A stretch of 63,902 nucleotides of DNA, filler included, from Intoshia linei (lineage: Eukaryota; Animalia; Orthonectida): NCBI GenBank assembly GCA_001642005.1. It is 9 parts of 9 records of this genome, joined end to end, with 100 filler letters (N's around TTAATTAATTAA, not from the genome) between each part and the next. Parts side by side here need not be neighbours in the genome. Positions count along the whole stretch, not along the records: positions 38,433 to 54,569 come from LWCA01000882.1; positions 54,670 to 55,855 come from LWCA01002739.1; positions 55,956 to 61,525 come from LWCA01001761.1; positions 61,626 to 63,902 come from LWCA01002351.1; 5 more parts are not named here. One strand, 5' to 3'. The notes under the pieces were generated by a model, which worked only from the letters and a program-made list of their open reading frames with translations, did no database searches and had not been told where the DNA came from. How positions within the stretch are numbered: position 1 is the stretch's first letter; the number at the start of each line of letters is the position of its first letter. The position numbers were made by a program, and so were the translations under genes. This document shows, piece by piece, positions 51,960-63,902 of this stretch.

Positions 51960-52905
51960 TTTGTTTATTTGAGAAAGTAAGAGGAGTCGAGTTTTACAAA
52001 TTCAATATTCTTATAACAGTTTTTCCAGAATGATATTATATTCGTTTTATCGCAAATTTCAATATCAAAAATTGAACCCTTCAAGGTTAAAAACCCCAAT
52101 TGTCCTTTGTTTTTAAATGCAAACCCGTCCTAGAATTATAAAAAATAGACATTCTAATAAAAAGTTTTAAATTCATCATTCATATTATGACAATTTTCAA
52201 TTTCAAAATCTTATATCTTCACGGCTAAAACTACAAATTACCATTTTATATAAAAATTAAAAAGGTCCTAGAATTGTATAAAACTTAAATTCTGGGGTAG
52301 TTTTTAAAATCATTAACATTATAATAAATGGAAATCTTAAAAAAAATAATTTTCACGATTAAAACCCATATTACCATTTTTTTTAAAATGAAAACAGCCC
52401 TAGAATTTAAAAAAATACAAATAGTACAGTTGTATTCTGTTAAGACACACAATAAATTTCAATCTGAATAAGTGACGCCTTCACGGTGAAAAAAGTACTT
52501 TAATATTCATTTTTTTATATCGAAACTATTTTATTAAAACAAAAAATTTGAAATAATTAATGATCCTACAATTAAAAAAAATATTTTTGTGATAGAGCTT
52601 ATTCCATTTGATATAAATACAAAATTTTTACCCCAAAGGTCTATGCATTCCCGGTGAAAAATAATTTTTAATATATTATCAACCAATATTTTTCAAATGT
52701 TGGATTAAAATTAAAAATGAAAAAGTAAAATAATCATCCTAATATTTCAAAAAAATGTGCATTAAACGTCTTCACATATACAATATATAAATATGGGTGG
52801 AAATCTATATAATTGATTCCTTCGTGTTTTTTCATTGCTACGCAATTTTTGATTCTCAAATCCTCATTTTCAAAACAATTTTTTTAAAAATTGAATTAAA
52901 ACTAC
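51960..52905 (+). mobile_element. Helitron-family internal fragment
   Basis: Colinear with the reverse complement of about 42750-43500. Confidence 0.6.
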
Positions 52906-54569
52906 TGTTGTATTCCGTTGTTATATAAATAGAATAGAGTTAGTTTGATATTGATTGTTATTAAAATAAACGAGAATATAAAAGTGGTGTCAGAAGTAAA
53001 CAAAAATTGAATTGAATTAATTATGGGCGAACTAGAATTTGGTCAACCTGATATCTTAGTATTTGATAATGGCGAAATTACGGCAAACATCGAGATTTGG
53101 CTTAACGAATTTAAAAACTTTGTAAACCTCAAATGGGGCAGCGTCTGTGACGATGCCAAACGGATGGCAGTATTAAAGGTCTGTATTGGACGGAAAAGCC
53201 AACAAAGAATAGTCTTACACATCAACATTCAAGAAGTCTACTGATATTGAAGCAGAAACAAAAATATGGAGAAATGAAAATATCCTTATGAACAGACAAA
53301 AATTCCTTAAAACCTTTAGAGGAGATGAGTCGATTCAAAATTTTATTGATAAATTGGAATTAAATTACAAGTTATTTCAGTATGATTGCCCAGGACTGAA
53401 ATTGGATTTGTTAATAAAGGGATGTGATGATGGTAGACTTATCTGGAAAATTGTTAATAATTGATAACTTAACATATGACAAAGCAAAAAAAATATGCTT
53501 AAACTATGAATTTACGAAAGACAAACAAAATTTCATTAATAAAAACCAATCAGGACAAGCGCCAATGTTTTTTCTGTGGCTCTCCCAATCACCTAGCTTC
53601 GAACGATAAATGCCCGGCGAGGACGGTGAAATGCATGAAATGTGGCAGATTTGGCCATTATCAAAAATATTGTAACCCAAAATTGGTATAACGACAACCA
53701 AAAGGTAAAAATATTTATACCATTAATAATTTAAACAAAAAATTAATTGTGTATATTAATGATACAGCTGTAAACATGGTCGTAGACACCGGTAGCGAAG
53801 TTAGTATTTTACCAATAATTTATGATAATAATTATATATTACCGAGTCAGAAAAAGTTAATATCTTTTAGTGGTCACACAATCAAATAAACCGGATCATG
53901 GTGCGGAATATGCCGATATGACAATGAAACATCAATTTGAAATTGTTCCAAATTCCATACTAATATTAGGATTGGACTGAATTAAAAAATTACATATGAA
54001 TTTAAATAAAATTTTTCGAATAATGAATCTTACCCAAAATAAAGCTGATATTTCAATTAAACCAGTGTGTGCGAACATGAGTAATGTTTTGAAACCAGTT
54101 GATAGTAACACTAATCTAACTAAAAGCGTCTGATATTATAGAAAAAGTTGATAAATGTGAATGGATAAGTGCTCTTGTTCCTGTACACAAAAAATTTGGA
54201 GAGATCCGATTGTGTGTCGATCTAACAGAATTGAACAAAAATATTGTTATTGACCAGTATCCCTTACCGACAACGGAAACCATACTAAATAATACTCATG
54301 GTAGTAAAATATTCTTAAAAATTGACTTAAAACAAGCGTACCATCAGGTGAACCTTAGTGAAAAATCACGTTATTTGACAACTTTTACAACGCATATAGG
54401 TCTATTTCATTATAAGATAGTACCTTTCGGTATAGCGTCAGCCTCGGCAGCGTTTCAACGAATTATGAATAGCATTTTAGACGGGATACCAGGCGTAGAA
54501 TGTATGCTTGACGAAATATTGATACATGCTAATTCAACCCGACGTCACGATGAAATACTCAAAGACGTA
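52906..54569 (+). mobile_element. Ty3/Gypsy LTR retrotransposon 5' half (decayed)
   Basis: A putative LTR from TGTTG (52906) to about 52983, then PBS TGGTGTCAGAAGT (tRNA-Leu type). Gag has two zinc knuckles, protease VVDTGSEVS, RT LCVDLTELNK..KIDLKQAYHQ..PFGIASA. Confidence 0.85.
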
Positions 54570-54669
54570 NNNNNNNNNNNNNNNNNNNNNNNNNNNNNNN
54601 NNNNNNNNNNNNNTTAATTAATTAANNNNNNNNNNNNNNNNNNNNNNNNNNNNNNNNNNNNNNNNNNNN

Positions 54670-55855
54670 ATAAAAAATCGTCGGGCAGTTGAAGAAATTA
54701 AAATGTATGACCATTTAGCTCTGAATAAATGTATCAGTATTTGCTCTCAGTGGGATTCTGTGCGAGATTCTCAGATCGAACGGAATAATTTAAATCAGGA
54801 ACGACGCGGGTCGGTAACCTGCTATAAATGTCATCAGACCAGGCCTGAACTGAACTGAATCAGGCCATATGGCAAATAAATGTTCTACTATCTCACAATC
54901 AAATAATTCTCAATTTCAAAGGAATAATTCCGGTAAGGCGGTCAGATCAGTGAATAAATCCAATGAATTATTATCTTAAAATATAGATATAGGTGAAGAA
55001 GGACAATCAGGTTAATTCTAAATTTATATTGGATACTGGTTCAGATGTAAATTGCATAATTATAAACCATTAAAATTTTGTAATCTTATTACAATGGTAC
55101 CAGTTAATAATATTTTAAAATTGGCTCAAGGTTCAACTATCCATGTTTATGGAGTTATTAATATTCTAATTAATAAGAATATAACAAAATTTTATGTTAC
55201 TAATACAGACAATATTTTAGGACGAGAATTTGTTATGAACCACGTACTTACTGCAGATGAAACACTATCCAATTTTTAAATGTAATGCCATTGTGTTAGA
55301 AAAATTAAAATATTGTTCTACGGCGTTCTTAGAGATTGTAAAAAAATTTGAAGTGGTATTTTCAAATAACTCGGGGCGTACGAATATTGGAGAACACAGC
55401 ATTGACCTGAAAGAAGGAAGTGTAGTTCGATCACCTCATTATTTAGTTCCATTTAATCAGCGAAATCAACATGAATCAGTGATTAAAAGTATGGTCGAGC
55501 AAAATATAATAGAACCCAGTCAAAGTTCTTATCGTTCGAGCTGTTTCTTTGTCAATAAAAAGGATGGGCATAAACGTTTAGTGCAAAATTATTGTAAACT
55601 TAATAATGCCACAATTCGTGATACATACCCACCACCTTCATTACGAAATTATATAGATTTCCTTGCGGGTAACACTATCTTCTCAACATTGGATTTTACT
55701 AGTGGGTTTTATCAAATTCCATTACGTAATGTCGATCGACCAAAAACGGCTTTTAGTTCAACATATGGGCAAAGTTATACCAATTTGTTGTCATGCCTCA
55801 AGGTTTAGTAAATGCGCCAGCGTCTTGCCAACGTATAATGGACAGAGTTTTTTGT
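54670..55855 (+). mobile_element. Ty3/Gypsy gag-pol fragment
   Basis: Zinc-knuckle remnant CYKC, protease ILDTGSDVNC and RT KKDGHKRLVQNYCKLN..FSTLDFTSGFYQI. Confidence 0.85.
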
Positions 55856-55955
55856 NNNNNNNNNNNNNNNNNNNNNNNNNNNNNNNNNNNNNNNNNNNNT
55901 TAATTAATTAANNNNNNNNNNNNNNNNNNNNNNNNNNNNNNNNNNNNNNNNNNNN

Positions 55956-56488
55956 GAAAGGCAAATCCAAATTGGCGATTCTGAATGGAAATCAGAACTC
56001 TGAGGATTACGAATCTCTCTTTAATTAATCTAATCTCTCTAATTATGAAACTTTGAATTTCTACTTCCATTTGCTCATTTTCATTATGGTACAGATTACA
56101 TTTTTCAACAAGATAATGCTCCAATCCACATATACAATGTATACGTATACAAAAATGGCAGGAAATTTAAAAATAAGGATAAGCTGACGCAGATAATATG
56201 GAAAGAATGGGAAAATATCCATAAAGATGTTATTGAAAAGTTAGTATTGACAATGAAGGAGAAAAGACACATTATTAAATTGTAAATACATTATTTTAAT
56301 TTGAAGTGTCCTATGTTTATTGGGCGGCTAATTAGCGATTTGTATGATAACGTTTCATATAAAGGTGGCAGAAGAAAAATAATGGTATCAACAAGCGTAT
56401 TTTTAATACTTTTTTTAATAGAGATGAAAATTAATAGACAAAAAAATAATATAAATCGGTTGAACCTATGTTTATTGCGTGCACTGTA
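55956..56488 (+). mobile_element. Tc1-like transposon 3' remnant
   Basis: YIFQQDNAPIH and IWKEWENIHKDVIEKLVLTM. The repeat CCTATGTTTATTG occurs twice and the element ends CACTG|TA. Confidence 0.7.
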
Positions 56489-57220
56489 TTATTATTTGAA
56501 ACAATTATTATGTCAATATATGATAAACATTGTAGAATATATTTTAAATAGAATATTTACCATAACTTTGTGATTGTTTAAACTATTTTCTTTCTAGCTT
56601 TTGGAATTCCCACACTTCAAACTTATAAACTGCTTTTTAAGATATAAATGTTAAGTATTTTTTAATAAATTGTGCCTCTTTTTAAGATACACTATTGGAA
56701 AAAAGTATTGCACAATTTGCGCATAAATAAAAATGGACTACAAGCGCAAAATCTCAAAATTTAAATTATATAATAACTAGAGTAGACTAAAAAGAGCACT
56801 TTTGAAATGATAAAACGAGTGGAAAAATAATAAAATGTATTATACTTATTTAATGATAAAATATATAGCTGAGTGCATTAGCTTTATGATATAATCGTGC
56901 TAAAACTGTGTTTTTGATATTTTAATTGTATGTAAAATTGTTAAAAAACATTCATATTTGAAAACGAGTTCATCATTTAATTTCGAGTATCTACAAAATA
57001 AAAAGAGCAATAATAAAATGTTATCGTTGATTTAAATTTACAATGTTTTGAAGACTAAAAATCATTAATCAAATGAAAAAGAATAACGGATATTGCCAAA
57101 ATAAAATTGAATAATATCAAATAAATTAGATTTAAACCACAACAATTATCAAAATTTTCTGGTTCAAATTAGTTGATCATTTATTTATATATAACAAAAA
57201 ATATGTTTCAACGTTAAAAT

Positions 57221-59290
57221 TTTAATATATAATAATTTTAAATCTATTAACAATCAGTCACAACTATAGTTCACTTTATGTAACTGTACAGTTAATATGG
57301 TAACATTACACCTCCATCACAAAATCCTTAGCTAACCGCTGAGGAAGACAACGTTTTGATTTATCTCTAAGATTATATATATTAACTTGTTTATAGGTTC
57401 GAGAAAAATTTTAAGAGAAATTATCATTAAAATATGACGAAGATTTTTGGATATGTTTATCAAAATTTTTCTTAACTCTTATTGTGTAAACGTGTATTAT
57501 GTTCAATGTGATTCCTTAAAATAACGCGCTTGTCAATCTGACCATCATACATATTATAACAGAGAACGATATGTGAAGGTGGAATACTAGTACGAGAAAA
57601 TGGTGTACTACGAATTCCCATTAAAATACAGGCTAAATTTTCATCCCAATCATTATGTTTAGACAAAACCGTAACTTTTCACGAATAGTTTTGTTCATAC
57701 GTTCAACTAATCCATTTTCTTGGTGTAAATATGAGCAGAATGGCTTTTGGATGCCATTTGCCATTGAATACATTTTGCATAATCGAGAAATCACTTCTCC
57801 TTCAAACTGGGCTGCACAATCAAAATGTATCTCAGTTGGTGGCCCATATCCACTAATAACATGAGTAAATATTATCTTCGACAATTTATCCGCTGAAATC
57901 TCAGAAACAGGTTCAGCTTCAACCCAATTTGAGAAATGGTCAACCATGACAAGTATATACTTATTACCTTGACTTGTCTCTTGAAGAGGACCTAATACGT
58001 CAATCTGCCACAACTGATTGAAGTAGGTGGTATGAACTTGCTTTAATGGTTTGGTATGTTTATGATTTCTATATTTATTTAAATTGCAGTCCATACAATG
58101 TGTAATAAAGTCCTTAATATCTCTACATATTCGGCCAAAATAAATTTTTTTTTATAATTTGAAAGGTTTTAGTAATACCAGGATGACCAAAGCAATGTGA
58201 TTTGTGATAAAATTGTAAGACTGAATTGATTGAAGGTCTAGGCACAATAATGAAAAGTTTAGATTTATCTCGATAATAAACTACATTATCTTATCATAAT
58301 ATTTATTCCATTCATCAAACTTATTAATTCTTTCTTTCTTTTTAATTTTGTTTAATATCATTCTGAATTCCCATCACATCCATACCTTTATATTTAATGG
58401 AACGAACAATTTCGTTTGATGGTCGTGACAATATATCAGCTGTATGATTAGCTGAGCCAACAAGGTATTCAATTGTAAAATCAAATTCATCCATTGTTAA
58501 AAACCATCTAATAAGTTCACTAGGCAAATTCTTAGAAGTTTGCATATGTAAAATTGGATTATGATCAGTTATAATGGTTACATGTTGACCCGATATATAT
58601 ATGTACGAAATTTCTGTAGACTCCTTATGATTGCAAACAATTCCTTTTTAGTGGTGGCATAATTCATTTCAGTGGTCGTTAACTTTTTACTAAAATATTC
58701 AATTACCCTTCCATTTTGTAATAATACTGACCCAATCGCCACGTTTGAAGCGTCACATTCGAGTACAAAATCAATATTTTTTTGAGACAGTTTTAGTACT
58801 GGAGTGGAAGTCAATACCTGTTTCAATCGATCAAATGCATCATTATGATACAATTCCCACTTGAACTTTGCCTTGCTACCTTGCTACATTGCCAATTTAA
58901 AATAGTGTTTTTAATTTTATTATACGAACTATTCCCATCATACTGCAATTTTGATCTAGCCTCCTTACCTATAATCACAATTAAAAGTTTTATTTCATCA
59001 ATTTTAGTATCCGAATTAATTAATTTTTCCAGTTTTATATAATCTTCAAATTCAGTAATCCAGACTTGGACATCCATTGTAATAACCCAGTTTTTTATTA
59101 GAGGTAAAGGGCATTCCTCTCGTATCAAATTTTGTAACTTGTCCATTTAAAATTATTATGTAGTATTAGATTGGAAGTATTGAACAATATAAGTTTCAAA
59201 TTTAATATATAATAATTTTAAATCTATTAACAATCAGTAACAACTATAGTTTACTTTATGTAACTGTACAGTTAATATGGTAACATTACA
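57221..59290 (-). mobile_element. Internally deleted Gypsy element (gag N-terminus, RNase H, integrase) between 90-bp direct repeats
   Basis: 57221-57310 and 59201-59290 differ at 2 positions and start TGTAATG on the minus strand. PPT GATGGAGG. Motifs ECDASNVAIG..NYATTKKEL, WQIDVLGPL..VDHFS and NGLVERMN. Confidence 0.88.
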
Positions 59291-59380
59291 CTCTATAGAA
59301 AATATTTCCTTATGATAAATGTTAGCATAATTTATTATTAGATACTATGAAATTGTGTCGCTAAATTTTCAAGACATCTT

Positions 59381-61500
59381 TGCAATATCCTTAATTTATC
59401 AAATGCAAGACTTTGATGAAATTTTATTTTAATAATTAACTATATTAAATTATATACAAAATGTAACTAGGACATTACATCCTTCCCCGCAAGGGGCATT
59501 CAATTTTTATATTTTAAGGAGTATCAAGAATATAATTATTTAAATGCGCGGGTTTTCGCCGAACCCTTTTAGATTTATAGTTTATATAGTTTCCATTTAT
59601 AGTTTCAGCCGATGGCTCTGTATTTCATCAATCAATATATCATCAATTTTGTTATTTCATAGATTTTGACTTTTGGTTAATCTAGAACCATTCCATATGG
59701 AATTATCAGATAATTTGTATGTTCCGGGTTTCACAATTTCGCTTATTTTAACAGGTTCAGAAAGGATATATCCTTTCATAGATGGTTTCATTGTTCGTAC
59801 CCAATTATCTTTACTTAAACTTCTATTACAAGTTTTACCACGGTTTTTTGTGTAATTTTGCCATATTTTTACATTTTCGTTACATTTACATTTAAACGTG
59901 TTTTTATAGTACCGCCATGTAACAACTTTGAGGGTGCCATTCCCGTGGTTGATTGCTCATTAAAACGATATGACATCATAAATTGATTTAACATTGATTC
60001 AGGGTCTACTCCCTGCTTGTACCCAATTCGGAGTCGTTCTTTTACCGTTTTATTAAAACGTTCCGTTAGCCTATTTGATTGGGGGTAATAATTGGCAGTG
60101 TATCTAGGTTTAATTCCATCCTAATTTAAAAACGATTTCCATTGTTCAGACTTAAATTATGGTCCGTTATCAGATATAATGCTGTCGGGTAAACCTTCAC
60201 GGGAGAAAACAGTTTCTAAAAATTGTATAATATTGTTGATAGTGGCTTCTTCAACCAACATAAATTTTGTCCATTTTGAATAATGGTCAATGAGAGTTAT
60301 ATCAAATTTTTTTTATTCCTGAGTAAATGACATTGGGCCTACAATATCTATACTTAATAGTTACCAAGGGCCTTCAGGGAATTTGATTGGTTTAATTTGA
60401 GTTTTATGAGTTTTTATAATCTTATCACTTGTTGCACATGGCCAACATTTATCAATTTCTTAGTCTATTAATTTATTCATAGATGGAAACCAGAAATATT
60501 TTCTCAAACAAAGTTTAGTTTTGGTTTTACCCATATGATAAGAATGAGCTAAGCTTATGCATTTCTCATATAATATTTCAGGTAATACAATTAATTTTTC
60601 ACCCTTTATCAATCTATTATTTTGTGTCCATAATTCATTGCGGATATGATAGAATTTCATTTCTTTTAATGAAAACTGTTCTTTTGATGACCACCGTGTT
60701 AAAATGTATTTTATAATTTTTTTTAACAACATTTAAAAATCATTTGATCTCCAACAAATTTTGTTGGTAATAAACTAACTTCACTACCAGTATCGACAAT
60801 TATTTTAATACTCCATTGTCAATGTTGACTGTAATGGTCTTATTTGCTGAATTTATCAGTAATAAATTTATAATTACCGACGGATCTTCGGCTAAATTTT
60901 AGATTACACATTTTTGTAAAATGCCCAATTTTTGCACATTTTGAACATTTAATTGTTCTTCCTGGGCAGTTATTATCATTCGCTAAATGGTTTATTGATC
61001 CGCAACAGAAGCATCTTTTAGAAGATTTATATACTTTGTTTTCAATTTTATTTACGCTAAGTGCGTTTATACTTTCATAATTTGCACATAATTTAATAGC
61101 TTTATTCCAGATAAGTGCTTTTTCAGTTAGGAGGCGAGCCTTTAGATTATTATTCTATATTCCACGTATAAAAACGTCTAATATAATGCTTTCATCCTTA
61201 TATCCTGTTTCTCTATATAACCTCTTAATCTTAGCGGTTTTGAGCAAAAGCTTTCATTGGGGTGTTGACTAGTGTTTAAAAAGTCTATTTGATAAAAAAT
61301 TCGTAATATCCCAGATTTTAAATTCTGTGGTCATTTCAGTATAAGACTCCTTACTACTTAGTCTACGTAATGCTTCAGCACCAATACATATTTTTAATAA
61401 TGCCATTTTTCGCTTATCATTAATACCTTCATAATTCAACACCATGAAATTTTTTGGTCCGTTTTATTTTTTATAAAGTTTATCTTGTTTATTTGCTCGA
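59381..61500 (-). mobile_element. Internally deleted Gypsy element (gag, protease, integrase, 3' LTR)
   Basis: The 3' LTR 59381-59479 (TGTAATGTCC...GGATATTGCA) is preceded by PPT GCGGGGAAGGA. Motifs CFCCGSINH, IVDTGSEVS, AHSYHMGKTKTK and IDIVGP..IDHYSKW..ISDNGP. Confidence 0.85.
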
Positions 61501-61841
61501 GGAATAATGGCACTATAATTTTTATNNNNNNNNNNNNNNNNNNNNNNNNNNNNNNNNNNNNNNNNNNNNTTAATTAATTAANNNNNNNNNNNNNNNNNNN
61601 NNNNNNNNNNNNNNNNNNNNNNNNNTAAGACTATTGATCCTTTTATTATCTCTCTTCTTGTGAGGTTTTTTGGTTTTTAATTTTATTTTATAATCTCTAA
61701 TTCCATTTTTGATACCCTTGTCGGTGACAAACTCATGTACGTCACCGATAGGATTCGCATTGAATCGCGCTATTTTATCTTTTTTTTATTTTGCTTCGCT
61801 CGTAATTTGGGAGCTGCTGCTTTAAAATACATTTAATTAAA

Positions 61842-62180
61842 GAGAATATTCTTAAACCCAACCATTTTTACTTAAATCCAACCAATTTACTAAAAATCCA
61901 CTTTTATAAACCTCTATGGAAAAATCGAGTTTTACCTACCCTTAAGAGAATTTAATACTGAGTTTTTATGAGATACTACGCAATTCTGTAAAACTGGATT
62001 TTTCTCTTAAAGGTTGGTAAAACTAGAATTTTCCTTAGGGTTTGTAAGAGTGGAATTTTTCCTTTTAGGGTTGGTAAAAGTGGATTCTTAGTAAAAATGG
62101 TTGGATTTAAGTAAAGATAGTTGGATTTAAGTAAAAAAGGTTGGATTTTAGTAAAAATGGTTGGGTTTAAGAATATTCTC
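61842..62180. mobile_element. Foldback-type palindromic element
   Basis: Perfect 31-bp TIR GAGAATATTCTTAAACCCAACCATTTTTACT, with internal 21-bp and 30-bp subrepeats. Confidence 0.75.
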
Positions 62181-62692
62181 CAAAAAAAATTATTTGGAAA
62201 TTTTGAAAAACCATAAAGCACAGTTATATTTAGATATTTTAAAGCAGAGTCAAATAAATTGAATCATGTAATGCATTTTACTTTGCTGTCGTTCGATACC
62301 TTCGCTATATATGTAGAGAAAGGTGTTGCCGATTGAAATTAAAATGTGCAATACTAGTTGTGCAATATGGATTTAATTTCATCTTGTATGACTGTGTGCA
62401 TATTAAAAGGCCATATATACAAATTTAATGTTTATCTGCTTTGTGTATTATTGTGAAATTCTTGAAAACCTTTTGAATAAAAATGATTTACACGACTTTT
62501 ATATTAAAGTTATATATTTGTAAATTATTTTTAGACTCGGTTGTTCTAAAATTAATGTTGCAAAGTTTTACTTTGCTTTTTATGCTTGACATGTAAATTT
62601 TTATTGAATTTACGTTTGTCTTGAGCCTTTGTGCTCAAAATCGGTTAATTTATTTTAACTGGCATTCGATTTTACTAATCGAAACTGAATGC

Positions 62693-63833
62693 TACCTGGT
62701 TGATCCTGCCAGTAGTCATATGCTTGTCTCAAAGATTAAGCCATGCATGTCTAAGTTCAAACTTAATTGACAGTGAAACCGCGAATAGCTCATTAAATCA
62801 GCTATAATTTATTGGATTTTGCAATACTAGTTGGATAACTGTGGCAAATCTAGAGCTAACACATGCAATCGAGCTTCCACGATATACTGTGGGAGGGCAG
62901 TTGTTAGATCAATATCCAGCGGTGGCGGCTTGCCGTCATCTCGCATTGATGACTCTGGACAACTTTGCCGATCGTATGGCCTTGTGCCGACGACAGATCC
63001 TTCAAGTGTCTGCCCTATCAACTGTCGATGGTAGGGTATTGGCCTACCATGGTTGTAACGGGTAACGGAGAATCAGGGTTCGATTCCGGAGAGGGAGCCT
63101 GAGAAATTGCTCCTACTTCCAAGGAGGGCAGCAGGCGCGCAAACTACCCACTCCTAGATCGGGGAGGTGGTGACGATAAATGTCGAATAAGTCGGCTTAT
63201 AGCTTGCTATTTCGAGATGGAGAATGTATTAAAAAATGTAACGAAAGCAATTGGAGGGCAAGTCTGGTGCCAGCAGCCGCGGTAATTCCAGTTCCAATAG
63301 CGTATATTAAAGTTGTTGCAGTTAAAACGCTCGTAGTTGAATTTCGGGTCGCTACAGGACGGTGCATATTATGCGACTGTCCGTATGGGCCCTGATGATG
63401 GCTGACCTGCAACATTCTTCGTTGAATGTGGCTGGCGGCTACAAATTTTACTTTGAAAAAATGAGAGTGCTCAAAGCAGGCCGTAGTGCCAGAATATTGA
63501 TGCATGGAATAATGGAATAGGACCTCGGTTCTGTCTGTTGGTGATGAATAACGAGGTAATGATTAAGAGGGACAGCCGGGGGCATTCGTATTGCAGCGCT
63601 AGAGGTGGAATTCTTGGACCGCTGTACGACGAACAACTGCGAAAGCATTTGCCAAGAATGTTTTCATTAATCAAGAACGAAAGTCAGAGGCGCGAAGACG
63701 CTTAGATACCGTCGTAGTTCTGACCGTAAACGATGTCGACTAGCGATCCGTCCAATTCCAATTATTTGAGGTCTGGATGGGCAGCTTACGGGAAACCAAA
63801 GTTTTTGGATTCCGGGGGAAGTATGGTTGCAAA

Positions 63834-63882
<49 letters not shown>

Positions 63883-63902
63883 GCGGCTTAATTTGACTCA
63901 AC
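62693..63902 (+). rRNA. 18S: 18S rRNA gene (5' part, truncated by the window end)
   Basis: Starts TACCTGGTTGATCCTGCCAGTAGTCATATGC and contains GTGCCAGCAGCCGCGGTAATTCC and AAACTTAAAGGAATTGACGG. Confidence 0.99.

Noticed and set aside
62827-63674. ORFs listed within the last 1.1 kb
   Set aside because: They are incidental frames inside the 18S rRNA gene.

Overview
This is very AT-rich eukaryotic (metazoan) DNA, not one locus. It consists of nine contigs joined by an artificial 100-nt linker (N44-TTAATTAATTAA-N44). Genes are split by introns that are either very short (25-70 nt) or inflated by transposons. Recognisable genes: two tandem MFS/SLC16-type transporters, ZMYND12, DRC7 (3' part), a divergent pair of orphan basic proteins, a Son-of-sevenless RasGEF, eIF1A, U2 snRNA, ARL13B, a small metallothionein-like gene missed by the ORF track, RPS6, a NOPCHAP1/DUF4598-like gene, an NWD1/2-like NACHT gene and the 5' part of an 18S rRNA gene. 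Most remaining DNA is decayed Tc1/mariner, hAT, piggyBac-MITE, Helitron, foldback and Gypsy elements. The most interesting signals concern splicing: an AT-AC (U12-type) intron in SOS, a structurally intact U2 snRNA with a rewired catalytic 5' region, and 25-nt and GC-AG introns. Also notable are the hidden 13-Cys metallothionein-like peptide, a tail-less SOS, a Helitron with three stacked 3' termini and Gypsy elements with LTRs of about 80-100 bp. A reduced parasitic animal such as an orthonectid would fit the composition, but that is inference. All protein identities come from manual translation and remembered family motifs; no database search was run.
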